A model generated the notes under the pieces. It was not told where the DNA came from. It searched no databases and worked only from the letters and a program-made list of their open reading frames with translations. Positions 53,445-62,233 of a stretch of 64,000 bases of DNA are shown here, piece by piece. The stretch's first letter is position 1. Each line of letters begins with the position of its first letter. Source of the DNA: an uncultured Sangeribacter sp. (GTDB taxonomy: Bacteria; Bacteroidota; Bacteroidia; Bacteroidales; Muribaculaceae). Position numbers and translations under genes: made by a program. The stretch spans positions 29,400 to 93,399 of the forward strand of contig CAZOPN010000002.1 of NCBI GenBank assembly GCA_964581685.1, read 5' to 3'.

Positions 53445-55385
53445 ATGGCGATTAAGACATACATAATGTTATTATTGGGATGCGGTATGCCGCTGTCTGT
53501 TTGCGCAACTGAAAACCTTACCCTCAGTTCTCCTGAGGAGATGATGCAAATTGATGTAAGGCAGGTTGCTATCAACGACAGTGTAAACCGTATCTATTAT
53601 GATGTGTCTTTCCGCAATAAGCCGGTTGTTAGCAATTCTACATTAGGTCTTGATCTGGATAATCGGGCGTGGGAGAAAGCGATAGCTCTTGGTAAACGAC
53701 AGATTAAAACTCCGGAATGCTGGATGGATAATTTTACAGTTGATTCCATTACATACGCAAAACATGATTCAATTTGGCATCCTCTTTATGGAGAACGTTC
53801 AGAAATAAGAGACCGCTATAACTCGGGAATCATGCATTTGTCGAAAAAAGATGGTTCATCCTATCGTCTTGATGTTGAAGTCCGTGCCTATGATGAGGGA
53901 ATAGCGTTCAGATATTTTTTTCCTGAACATCCGGCAGCAGTCTTTCATAAGGTAACAGAAGATCTGACTACTTACCGTTTTCCCGCGGGAACAATGGCAT
54001 GGGCGGAAGAATGGGCTCAGGCACCTTTCGCCCGTAAATCGGTTGATAGTCTTGATATCCCGGTAGAACGAGCCCTTACTCTCGAACTTCCGGATGGAAC
54101 ATGGGCTGCCTTGACAGATGCTGACGTCGACGACTGGTGTCTTACAAAATTTGTTTCAGGTAAGGATGGAGAACTTCGGTCAGTGATGTATAGCCCAGTT
54201 GATATCGTAACCTATTATGCCACTCCCTGGAAAGTGATAATGGCTGCCGACTCACCCGGACAATTGCTTGAGAATAATGATATTATTCTGAATCTAAATC
54301 CTTCTAATGAAATTGCCGATGCTGCTGAATGGGTTAAACCCGGAAAGATAATGCGTGAAACAACCATTACGACCGAGGGGGCGTATAAGACTATTGATTT
54401 CTGCGCCGAGCATAATATTCCCTATATGCTTTTCGATTGGTTATGGTATGTGCCTTGTACCTCACATGATGGTGATGCCACAAAAGTGGTTGATAAGCTT
54501 GATATGCCGGCTGTAGTTAAATATGCAAATGAGAAAGGAGTCGGAATCTGGCTATATGTAAACCAACACGCGCTGATGAAACAGCAGAAAGAACTTCTGC
54601 CTCTTCTGAGCAGTTGGGGGATTAAAGGAATAAAGAGCGGTTTTGTCCAGTATGCCTCCCATCGTTGGGCAACCTGGTTACATGATCTGGTACGCGCAGC
54701 AGCCGATAATCATCTGATGATGAATATACATGATGAGTTCAGACCCTCGGGTTTCTCTCGTACTTATCCGAATCTGCTTACACAGGAAGGAATTTGCGGA
54801 AACGAGGAATGGCCTGATGCCACACATAATGTGATACTTCCTTTTACGCGAATGATAAACGGGGCAGCCGATTATACCATCTGTTACTATGATAAACGGC
54901 TCAAGAATACACATGCTCATCAGCTTGCAGCATCTCTTGTGTTTTACAGTCCGTTACAGACTATCTTCTGGTATGACACGCCTTCACGTTTCGGAGGAGA
55001 GGAAGAAATAGACTGGTTTGAACAGCTTGAGACGACTTTCGATGATAGCCGTGTTATAGCCGGCTATCCCGGAAAGGGGATAACCATGGCACGATCCAAG
55101 GGTAATAGGTGGTGGCTTGCACTTATGACAAATAATGAGGGTGCTGAGGAAAAAGTCAAACTTGATTTTCTTGATCCGGCAAAGAAATATGTAGCCGTGA
55201 TTTATAATGACGATGACAACGTCAATTCTGCTACAAAAGTCGGCTGTAGCCGGTTTATTGTCGACAGCAGGAGTGAGTTGCGCTTCAGTCTAAAGCCTCG
55301 TGGAGGAGCGGCCGTAAGATTCGAACCGCTTGGGGAGGGCGTAGAAAAGAAAGGGATTAAGAAATATAAAAACGAACTTCTATAA
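53445..55385 (+). CDS. Glycoside hydrolase family 97
   Basis: 646 aa. N-terminal GH97 pattern (YYDVSFRNKPVVSNSTLGLDL, WHPLYGERSEIRDRYNS, VRAYDEGIAFRYFFPE) followed by a TIM-barrel and a C-terminal domain. Confidence 0.75.
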   Translation: MAIKTYIMLLLGCGMPLSVCATENLTLSSPEEMMQIDVRQVAINDSVNRIYYDVSFRNKPVVSNSTLGLDLDNRAWEKAIALGKRQIKTPECWMDNFTVDSITYAKHDSIWHPLYGERSEIRDRYNSGIMHLSKKDGSSYRLDVEVRAYDEGIAFRYFFPEHPAAVFHKVTEDLTTYRFPAGTMAWAEEWAQAPFARKSVDSLDIPVERALTLELPDGTWAALTDADVDDWCLTKFVSGKDGELRSVMYSPVDIVTYYATPWKVIMAADSPGQLLENNDIILNLNPSNEIADAAEWVKPGKIMRETTITTEGAYKTIDFCAEHNIPYMLFDWLWYVPCTSHDGDATKVVDKLDMPAVVKYANEKGVGIWLYVNQHALMKQQKELLPLLSSWGIKGIKSGFVQYASHRWATWLHDLVRAAADNHLMMNIHDEFRPSGFSRTYPNLLTQEGICGNEEWPDATHNVILPFTRMINGAADYTICYYDKRLKNTHAHQLAASLVFYSPLQTIFWYDTPSRFGGEEEIDWFEQLETTFDDSRVIAGYPGKGITMARSKGNRWWLALMTNNEGAEEKVKLDFLDPAKKYVAVIYNDDDNVNSATKVGCSRFIVDSRSELRFSLKPRGGAAVRFEPLGEGVEKKGIKKYKNELL

Positions 55386-55456
55386 CAACAGTAACGATAA
55401 AGAACTACATCATGCCGCCTTCCTGAAGGAATACGGAAGATGCAATAAGTAGAATT

Positions 55457-56725
55457 ATGAACAAAAAGCTAATAGCAGGAATATCGGTCATTGCCGGAGT
55501 AACGTTGCTTGCTCTTGCAGGAGCTGCCATGGCCACGAAAAGCGATACGCTCAATCCCGAGCTTGATCTGGCGTATTGCGATCGTCAGATAAGCCGGTCG
55601 GTTGATCAACTGCGTGATTCTTCGGGAAAAATCGATTATAGTATGATGCCCCGAAATATTGCGGCCGATTCAACACGCTGGCATCTTCGTCCGGTTTGTC
55701 CTGAGGAATGGTGCAGTGGGTTCTGGCCCGGTATTCTTTGGTATGACTATGAAAATACCAAAGATGAGAAAACTCTGAAGCTGGCCCGCGATTACAGTCG
55801 GGAGATGCATAAGATACTGGAGCGTCCTGTTTTTGATCATGACCTCGGTTTCCTTCTCTTCTGCAGTCTTGGTAACGGTTACCGTCTGACCGGCGATCCC
55901 GGATACAAGCGAGATCTCCTTAACGCGGCGGATTCTTTGGCAACATTGTATAATCCAAAGGCCGGAACTATTCTTGCCTGGCCCCGTAATATCGAGATGT
56001 TTGGCGGTCATCATACCATTATGGACACCATGATTAATCTTGAGATGCTTTTCTGGGCTGCTAAAAACGGAGGAAATCCATATCTTTATGATATAGCGGT
56101 GAAGCATGCGGAGACAACGATGCGCAATCAGTTCCGGGACGATTATACATGCTACCATGTGGCTGTATATAATTCTGAAACAGGTGAATTTAGACGGGGT
56201 TGCACACATCAGGGCTATAGCGATGACAGTACGTGGGCACGTGGCGAAGGCTGGGCCATATATGGTTATACGGTGGTCTACCGAGAGACGGGCGAGAAGC
56301 GTTTTCTCGATTTTGTAACCAAGGTTGCCGATACTTACCTGTCAAGACTCCCCGGCGATTATGTGCCTTATTGGGATTTTGATGATCCTCGTATTCCTGA
56401 TTGTCCGCGTGATGCCTCGGCCGCCTGTGTGGTTGCATCGGGAATTCTCGAACTCAGCCGTTATGTAGACGATGAGACATCTGAGAGATATATGGACGCT
56501 GCCACGAAGATGCTTGCTTCTCTGGGCTCCGACCGTTACCGCTCAAATGATCGGAACCCCTCTTTCCTGCTTCATTCCACCGGTCATCACCCGGCCGGTT
56601 CCGAGATTGATGCTTCGATAATTTATGCCGACTATTATTATATTGAAGCGCTTACCCGCCTGAAACATATTATGGCCGGTGAACCTATATGTCAGACTCC
56701 ACAGCCTATGACAGCTCTTAGATGA
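55457..56725 (+). CDS. Glycoside hydrolase family 88 (unsaturated glucuronyl hydrolase-like)
   Basis: 422 aa. WCSGFWPGILWYDY, HDLGFLLF, DDYTCYHV and HQGYSDDSTWARGEGWAIYGY motifs. Confidence 0.85.
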   Translation: MNKKLIAGISVIAGVTLLALAGAAMATKSDTLNPELDLAYCDRQISRSVDQLRDSSGKIDYSMMPRNIAADSTRWHLRPVCPEEWCSGFWPGILWYDYENTKDEKTLKLARDYSREMHKILERPVFDHDLGFLLFCSLGNGYRLTGDPGYKRDLLNAADSLATLYNPKAGTILAWPRNIEMFGGHHTIMDTMINLEMLFWAAKNGGNPYLYDIAVKHAETTMRNQFRDDYTCYHVAVYNSETGEFRRGCTHQGYSDDSTWARGEGWAIYGYTVVYRETGEKRFLDFVTKVADTYLSRLPGDYVPYWDFDDPRIPDCPRDASAACVVASGILELSRYVDDETSERYMDAATKMLASLGSDRYRSNDRNPSFLLHSTGHHPAGSEIDASIIYADYYYIEALTRLKHIMAGEPICQTPQPMTALR

Positions 56726-56777
56726 GAGATATAACCCGAAATAAATCAATAATTACTTATAAACAACAAATATCAAC

Positions 56778-58292
56778 ATGAAAAAATTTACAGTTTTAGC
56801 TTCTGCTGTCTGCCTCTTCGGAGCAATGCAGGCCAATGCAGCAAGTTTTCCGGTGGTGTTCAATGGAACAGACTCAGAGGGATGGACATACGGTGATCAG
56901 GCTACTCTCGCTGATGGTCATCTAAAGGTGGATATGACTGAAAACAATGGCAAATGGCGTCAGGATCTTACCTTTACCTCTTCAAGTGAGGAGACCGACT
57001 TTACAGTTGATGCGTCTGAAATGAAGTTTTTCGCTATTAAATTCATTGGTAGCCGTCCGGCCGGAAATATGACTCTTGAGATTCAATACCGCGACTCAGA
57101 AGCTGCGAACGGTGTGAGTTGGATGAATTCTCAGTGGAAAAATAAGCCTCAGGGAGACCTCATGACCAATTCAGGCAATAATATTTATTATTATGAGCTT
57201 ACAAAGGATGAGGCTTGGACAGGAACGATTTCTATCGACAAAATCGTCGTTAAGATTGCAGATTGTACTACTCCTCCCTATGAGTATACTCTTGACTGGA
57301 TCAATCTTTATCCAAGTCTGGAAGCAATTGATGCCAACTGGAAGGATGATGGCGCTTCTGACAGCGATGAGGCTCAGAAAGTGGATTCACCTGTTATGAT
57401 CGGTGAGGCCGGTTATGCAACACTTTCAGCTGCTTTTGATGCTGCCGTTGATGGCGATGTTATCATCGTAAATGAAAACCAGACAATCTCCTCACGTCTT
57501 GGAGCTGATGCCCGTAACATTACAATAAAGGGTGGTAAAGAAGGAGTTGTTATAACTCGTGCATTCAACAAGCTTATTTTCCTTGCAAACAATGCAGAGG
57601 GAAGTATCACACTTGAAGATCTTATTCTTGACGGAGCAATGATGGACGGCTCATGTGCACTTGAAGCCAGCGGTCATGCTTCACTTACTCTTAACAATGT
57701 ATCTTTCAAGGATTTCGTTTCTGACAACAATCAGGGTGTGATCTCAGTCAAGAATGGTGGTAAAATCGCTATAAACAATGTTGCTTTCGAGGGTTCAAAT
57801 GTTCCTGAAAGTCGCGGAGAGATCTTTATCGGAGCTCCCGGTTCGACTATCTCGGGAAATAATATATGCACCATCTATCTTGAGAAACAGATGCAGATTG
57901 AAGCTACAGAGGTGGCAAACGATGCTCCGGTTAAACTCTTTGTAGATGAAGACCGTGCTCTTACAGTTGAAGTAACTGAAACTGTTGGTGAGGGTGATGA
58001 AGCGGAAGAAGTTACAAAAGAAGTGAAGTCTGTTCTCGTTGCCAACTGTACAGATGCTTCTCAGTTCAGCATGGGCACAACAGCTTTCATGATTCAGGTA
58101 GACGAAGAGCTCAATGCACTTGTTCTTGCTGAGAACGATGGCAGTGGTGTAACGACTATCGCAAGTGAATTCACAGATGCTCCTGCCGTATATTATAATC
58201 TTCAGGGTATAAAGGTTTCTGCTGAATCACTTACTCCCGGCATTTACGTATGTCGTCAGGGCAACAAAACAACAAAGATTTTTGTAAAATAA
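56778..58292 (+). CDS. Secreted T9SS cargo: N-terminal jelly-roll-like domain, one beta-helix-like module, and a C-terminal sorting domain
   Basis: 504 aa. SPI signal. Module GYATLSAAFDAAVDGDVIIVNENQ...ITIKGG...ITLEDLILDG...ANCTDASQF. C-terminus AVYYNLQGIKVSAESLTPGIYVCRQGNKTTKIFVK fits the type A T9SS CTD pattern. Confidence 0.65.
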   Translation: MKKFTVLASAVCLFGAMQANAASFPVVFNGTDSEGWTYGDQATLADGHLKVDMTENNGKWRQDLTFTSSSEETDFTVDASEMKFFAIKFIGSRPAGNMTLEIQYRDSEAANGVSWMNSQWKNKPQGDLMTNSGNNIYYYELTKDEAWTGTISIDKIVVKIADCTTPPYEYTLDWINLYPSLEAIDANWKDDGASDSDEAQKVDSPVMIGEAGYATLSAAFDAAVDGDVIIVNENQTISSRLGADARNITIKGGKEGVVITRAFNKLIFLANNAEGSITLEDLILDGAMMDGSCALEASGHASLTLNNVSFKDFVSDNNQGVISVKNGGKIAINNVAFEGSNVPESRGEIFIGAPGSTISGNNICTIYLEKQMQIEATEVANDAPVKLFVDEDRALTVEVTETVGEGDEAEEVTKEVKSVLVANCTDASQFSMGTTAFMIQVDEELNALVLAENDGSGVTTIASEFTDAPAVYYNLQGIKVSAESLTPGIYVCRQGNKTTKIFVK

Positions 58293-58321
58293 AACCGATA
58301 ACCAATTAATCTAAATCAAAC

Positions 58322-58353
58322 CGGGAGATTATCCGGCATTGGATAATCTCCCG
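58322..58353 (+). other. Intercistronic 13-bp-stem hairpin between the two paralogous T9SS cargo genes
   Basis: CGGGAGATTATCC-GGCATT-GGATAATCTCCCG with no T tract. Confidence 0.5.
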
Positions 58354-58370
58354 TGAACAACTCAAACAAA

Positions 58371-60035
58371 ATGAAAAAGACAACGATTTTCACAATGTAC
58401 CTCCTTGCTGCCGGCAGCTTCGCAGCTTTCGCGCAGGAAGAGAAACCTGTCTATAACGAAACTTCCGGGAAGGGGTATGATACATTTAAGGAGGCCTTTA
58501 CTGACCTTTCGAATCTTTCTGAGTCGGAATATACATGGATTATTACCGGTACAGTTGAAGTTGATGACCGCATGATGCTTGAAAACAAGACAGGTTATCA
58601 TGTAACAGTCAATGTCAAGGGTAAGGATTCTTCGGCTAAACTGGTAAATAAGACCACAAATAGCAATCATCAGATGTTTGTTATGAAAGGTGGTGGCATC
58701 TGGACCTTCGAGGGTATTACAATTGATGGGGGTGGTATCAAACGTGCTAAGCCTCTTTTCGAGGTTGATACTCGTGCCCTTGTAATGAAAGATGTTGAAA
58801 TTACAAATTACGATTCTACAATTGATACAGGTGTGATTGAAGGAAAAACCAACGGAACTGTAGAGTTTGAGAATGTTAAAATTACGGAGATGGCCGGCAA
58901 TGATTTTATAACTTTGTCTCATAGCAATTCTACGTTCAAGGGTGTAAATTCTCTAAATCTTCACCTGGCGGCCGGGGTTACTATCACAGATAACGGTGCA
59001 GAGGCAGGAAATAATGTCGTAATTACATTTGCCGAACTTCCCGAGGATGATAATGAACTCCTCGCTGTGCTTGAGTGTACTGATGCATCTTTATATTCAA
59101 CTGCAAACGAAGGTTATAAACTTACCGCCGGAACAGGAGATAATTCCGGTAGTCTGGTTGTAATTGATGATCCTGCCGTAGCTATTCCGACTGCTGTTAC
59201 AATTGAGGGGAAAGCCGGTGGTTATAACACAATTGATGAGGCGCTTGAAGGAGCTTCGGATGGCGATGTGATACTTGTAAATGAAGATATGCATCACAAT
59301 GCACGTCATTCATTGAGTAAAAGTGTCACTATCAAAGGTTCGACCTCAGATATAACTCTCTATAATGACTATAACAATCAGGCATATCTGATCACAGCAA
59401 ATGTAACTCTTGAAAATCTTATCCTTGACGGTGGTAATAAAAATGCCGATAAGAATTATATAAGTGTTGAGGCTAATGGCCATCTTACGATGATCAATGT
59501 AACTCTCAAGAATTATAATTCTTCTTCCGCCAATAAATTCCTTCATGTAAAGGATAAGAATAATGTTCATTTGAAAGGTGTAAAAGTTGAAAATGTTAGC
59601 GTAAACGATAATTGCGGAATGGTTAATATCAATTGTGTAGGTTCTACAATTTCGGGCGACAACAATATTTCTCTCCATCTTAATTCCGGTATGTCGGTTG
59701 CTGTTGCCGATGGTGAGGAGATGACAAACGTTGAGCCCGTGGAACTCTATATGGATTCTCCGACTTTGGGAAGTACTGTTGTAGCCAACTGCACAACTCC
59801 TGAGAAATTCGCACTTAAGGGAGAAAACACCAACGGTATGGCCCTTATGGCAAAAGATGGAAATCTCGTGCTTGCAACTGATACTGAAGCCGGTGTTGAG
59901 GATGTCGCAGTTTCTGAATCCGGCGAAGTGGAATATTTCACTCTTCAGGGTGTTAAGGTTTCTGCCGACATGCTTGCGCCCGGTGTTTACGTAAAACGTC
60001 AGGATGGCAAGGCCTCAAAAGTTGTCGTAAAATAA
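58371..60035 (+). CDS. Secreted T9SS cargo with two beta-helix-like modules (paralogue of 56778-58292)
   Basis: Start set at MKKTTIFTMYLLAAGSFAAFAQ; the track's GTG at 58353 lies inside the hairpin. Modules GYDTFKEAF...ITIDGG...LECTDASLY and GYNTIDEALEGASDGDVILVNED...LENLILDGG...ANCTTPEKF. CTD VEYFTLQGVKVSADMLAPGVYVKRQDGKASKVVVK. Confidence 0.65.
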   Translation: MKKTTIFTMYLLAAGSFAAFAQEEKPVYNETSGKGYDTFKEAFTDLSNLSESEYTWIITGTVEVDDRMMLENKTGYHVTVNVKGKDSSAKLVNKTTNSNHQMFVMKGGGIWTFEGITIDGGGIKRAKPLFEVDTRALVMKDVEITNYDSTIDTGVIEGKTNGTVEFENVKITEMAGNDFITLSHSNSTFKGVNSLNLHLAAGVTITDNGAEAGNNVVITFAELPEDDNELLAVLECTDASLYSTANEGYKLTAGTGDNSGSLVVIDDPAVAIPTAVTIEGKAGGYNTIDEALEGASDGDVILVNEDMHHNARHSLSKSVTIKGSTSDITLYNDYNNQAYLITANVTLENLILDGGNKNADKNYISVEANGHLTMINVTLKNYNSSSANKFLHVKDKNNVHLKGVKVENVSVNDNCGMVNINCVGSTISGDNNISLHLNSGMSVAVADGEEMTNVEPVELYMDSPTLGSTVVANCTTPEKFALKGENTNGMALMAKDGNLVLATDTEAGVEDVAVSESGEVEYFTLQGVKVSADMLAPGVYVKRQDGKASKVVVK

Positions 60036-60074
60036 TAAGCGAGCGCTGCTTATTAAGGAACAAAATATATAAAG

Positions 60075-60120
60075 GAAAGGCGGTGTTGCATAACTTGTGG
60101 CTCATGTAACATCGCCTTTC
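60075..60120 (+). terminator. Long imperfect hairpin directly abutting MITE copy 3
   Basis: GAAAGGCGGTGTTGCAT-N12-ATGTAACATCGCCTTTC, 17 pairs including two G-U. No T tract, because the MITE starts at the next base. Confidence 0.45.
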
Positions 60121-60307
60121 TAAGTAAGTGTTCGAAATTAATTTATACTATATGCCACTTTATTTTTGTGATAATTTCTTTGCGGAACGAAGGAAAATAT
60201 ATTCATATTTGACTGAGTGACAATAAGAAATTGGCCAAAAAGAAAAGGCAGAGAGTATAAAAGATAACATTTTGGCTTACTATCGTTTAATTTTGAATAC
60301 TTACTTA
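60121..60307 (-). mobile_element. MITE-like element, copy 3 (inverted relative to copies 1 and 2)
   Basis: The reverse complement differs from copy 2 at 4 positions and from copy 1 at 5 positions. Flanked by TA...TA. Confidence 0.8.
60288..60295 (+). promoter_or_regulatory. Outward-facing -7 box (TAATTTTG) inside the MITE terminal repeat
   Basis: Exact TAnnTTTG 12 nt from the element end and 52 nt upstream of the ATG at 60347. No correctly spaced -33 TTTG. Confidence 0.35.
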
Positions 60308-60346
60308 TACAATAATCTGTAAAAAAGTCCGTAAAAGGTAATTGGA

Positions 60347-61942
60347 ATGAAAATTAAGAAAACAATCATCGGACTCTTTCTTCTCGGAGGAGTAGCCATA
60401 AGCTCGGTTGCCAGAGATTTTGTGCATCCCGGACTTTCATACACATCAGCTGATCTTGAACGTATGCGCACGATGATCACTGATGAGGAAGAACCTTATC
60501 TCACTACATTCGAGGCTTTGAAGAATTCCACTTATTCCTCGCTGACAGCAGGGGTTTCCGATCGCGGCACTCAGATCAAGGAAGGTGGCTTCAATGGGAC
60601 TGTCGGTGCTGACGGACGCCGGGCTCATGACCTGGCTCTGCTGTGGCATCTTACGGGCGACTCCCGATATGCTGATAAGGCAGTGGCCTATCTTAATGCC
60701 AATTCATATTATAAGAATACGAGTGCTCGAGGAACGGCTCCTCTCGACAATGGGAAGGTATATCTTCTTATCGAGGCAGCGGAGTTGATGCGTGATTATG
60801 AAGGCTGGTTGCCTGAAGATAAACAACGCTTCTCCGATATGCTTGTCTATCCCGGTTATTCATCGGAAGAAAGCGGGTATAAATATGCAAATATGACCGA
60901 TTCTCTCAATGGAATCACATTCTATTGGAATATTTATAATTTTGATGCTTCACGTTTTGGAAATCAAGGTCTTTTCGCAGCGCGTGCTATGATTGCCATG
61001 GCTGTATTTCTTGATAATGAGAAGATGTATGACCGGGTTGTCCGGTATATACTCGGCCAGCCGCATCGAGATGATGACCTCGCATACGTGTCCGGTCCGG
61101 CACTGACCAAGACTGATCCTTATCCTCTTAATGAGGCAGACCCTACAGCAGGAGATAATACTACCAGCTTTATGAAGGGATATCAGCTTATACGTCTCGA
61201 AACCACAATTCCTGATTATGGTTATGATGAGCAGCTCCAGCATTACATCTATCCTTCCGGTCAGAGTCAGGAGGCGTGTCGCGATCAGGATCACGGAATG
61301 GTAGGTGTCGGTCTTCTTGGAGATATAGCTGAGATCGCATGGAATCAGAATGACGATATTTATAGCGCTCTTGACAACCGTATCCTTAAAGGAATGGAAT
61401 GGTGCTTCCGCTATAATTACAGTTATATCAAGGATCCGGAGAATGCCTGGGAACCCGAAGAATATGTGACTGATCCCGAAGCCGCTACATTCGAGAACAA
61501 TGCTTTTCTTCAGATTCGTAGCCGTAGCGGACGCTGGGAATCAGTGAAGCCTTCTACTAAGGGCCGTGGAGATTCTTTTATGGCCGGAGGAAACCGCGAG
61601 CAGACCCTCGCTCATTATGCAGGACGTATGAAGCTCCCCGCTACTGATTATACCTGGCTTAAAGATTACCGTGACTATATGGTTGATACTTACGGCCATG
61701 AAAGTTATGGAAAGGATGCCAACCATCGGTATGAGTGGAAAGGATGGGGGTCTCTTACGAAACGTCTTGATCCGATTATGGCCGGCGTTGATGTGCCTAC
61801 AGATGTAAGTGAAATATCGGTTGAGACCGGGAATGGTGAAGCACGATATTTTCTTCCCACAGGAGTGGAAAGTGACGGCAGTCTCCCCGGTATATATATT
61901 GAAGTTAAGGATGGCAAAAGCCGAAAGATAGTGAAACGCTGA
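60347..61942 (+). CDS. Secreted alginate-lyase-fold lyase-like protein with T9SS C-terminal sorting domain (paralogue of 49476-50786)
   Basis: 531 aa. FVHPGLSYTSADLERMRTMI entry motif. EACRDQDHGMVGVGLLGDIAEIAWNQNDDIY aligns to NESGRDQGHATLCMSLMGAFCQMAYNIGEDLF of the paralogue. C-terminus ARYFLPTGVESDGSLPGIYIEVKDGKSRKIVKR. Confidence 0.55.
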   Translation: MKIKKTIIGLFLLGGVAISSVARDFVHPGLSYTSADLERMRTMITDEEEPYLTTFEALKNSTYSSLTAGVSDRGTQIKEGGFNGTVGADGRRAHDLALLWHLTGDSRYADKAVAYLNANSYYKNTSARGTAPLDNGKVYLLIEAAELMRDYEGWLPEDKQRFSDMLVYPGYSSEESGYKYANMTDSLNGITFYWNIYNFDASRFGNQGLFAARAMIAMAVFLDNEKMYDRVVRYILGQPHRDDDLAYVSGPALTKTDPYPLNEADPTAGDNTTSFMKGYQLIRLETTIPDYGYDEQLQHYIYPSGQSQEACRDQDHGMVGVGLLGDIAEIAWNQNDDIYSALDNRILKGMEWCFRYNYSYIKDPENAWEPEEYVTDPEAATFENNAFLQIRSRSGRWESVKPSTKGRGDSFMAGGNREQTLAHYAGRMKLPATDYTWLKDYRDYMVDTYGHESYGKDANHRYEWKGWGSLTKRLDPIMAGVDVPTDVSEISVETGNGEARYFLPTGVESDGSLPGIYIEVKDGKSRKIVKR

Positions 61943-61982
61943 AATAATCAGATTAAGGCCCCGCGGGGCAAAATATATTCCC

Positions 61983-62018
61983 GAATCCGCAGGTAAAAAC
62001 ACCTGTGGATTCTTTTTT
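61983..62018 (+). terminator. Rho-independent terminator ending the PUL
   Basis: GAATCCGCAGG-N8-CCTGTGGATTC followed by TTTTTT. Confidence 0.75.
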
Positions 62019-62123
62019 AGTCGTCCTTATCAATGAAAAAGACAATGAATAGGAGAATTATGTCGGGAAATGCTCATACATCCGGACTCTGCCTTATGGA
62101 AGATATCTATTAAAAAAGAATTC

Positions 62124-62153
62124 AGGCAGCAAATATTTTATGATTCGCTGCCT
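62124..62153 (+). repeat. Conserved stem-loop motif, copy e (AGGCAGC-AAATATTTTATGATTC-GCTGCCT)
   Basis: Perfect 7-bp stem. The loop is identical to copy b and differs at 2 of 16 positions from copy a. Confidence 0.6.
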
Positions 62154-62233
62154 AAAATATTGGTTAGTGAGGAAAATTTGTTAATTTAGAGCGAAAAATA
62201 AAAAAGGTTAAATTTTAATAGATATTTATAGAT

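Noticed and set aside
58353-58370. GTG start for the second T9SS cargo gene.
   Set aside because: The GTG lies inside the 13-bp-stem hairpin. The ATG at 58371 gives a canonical MKKTTIF signal peptide.
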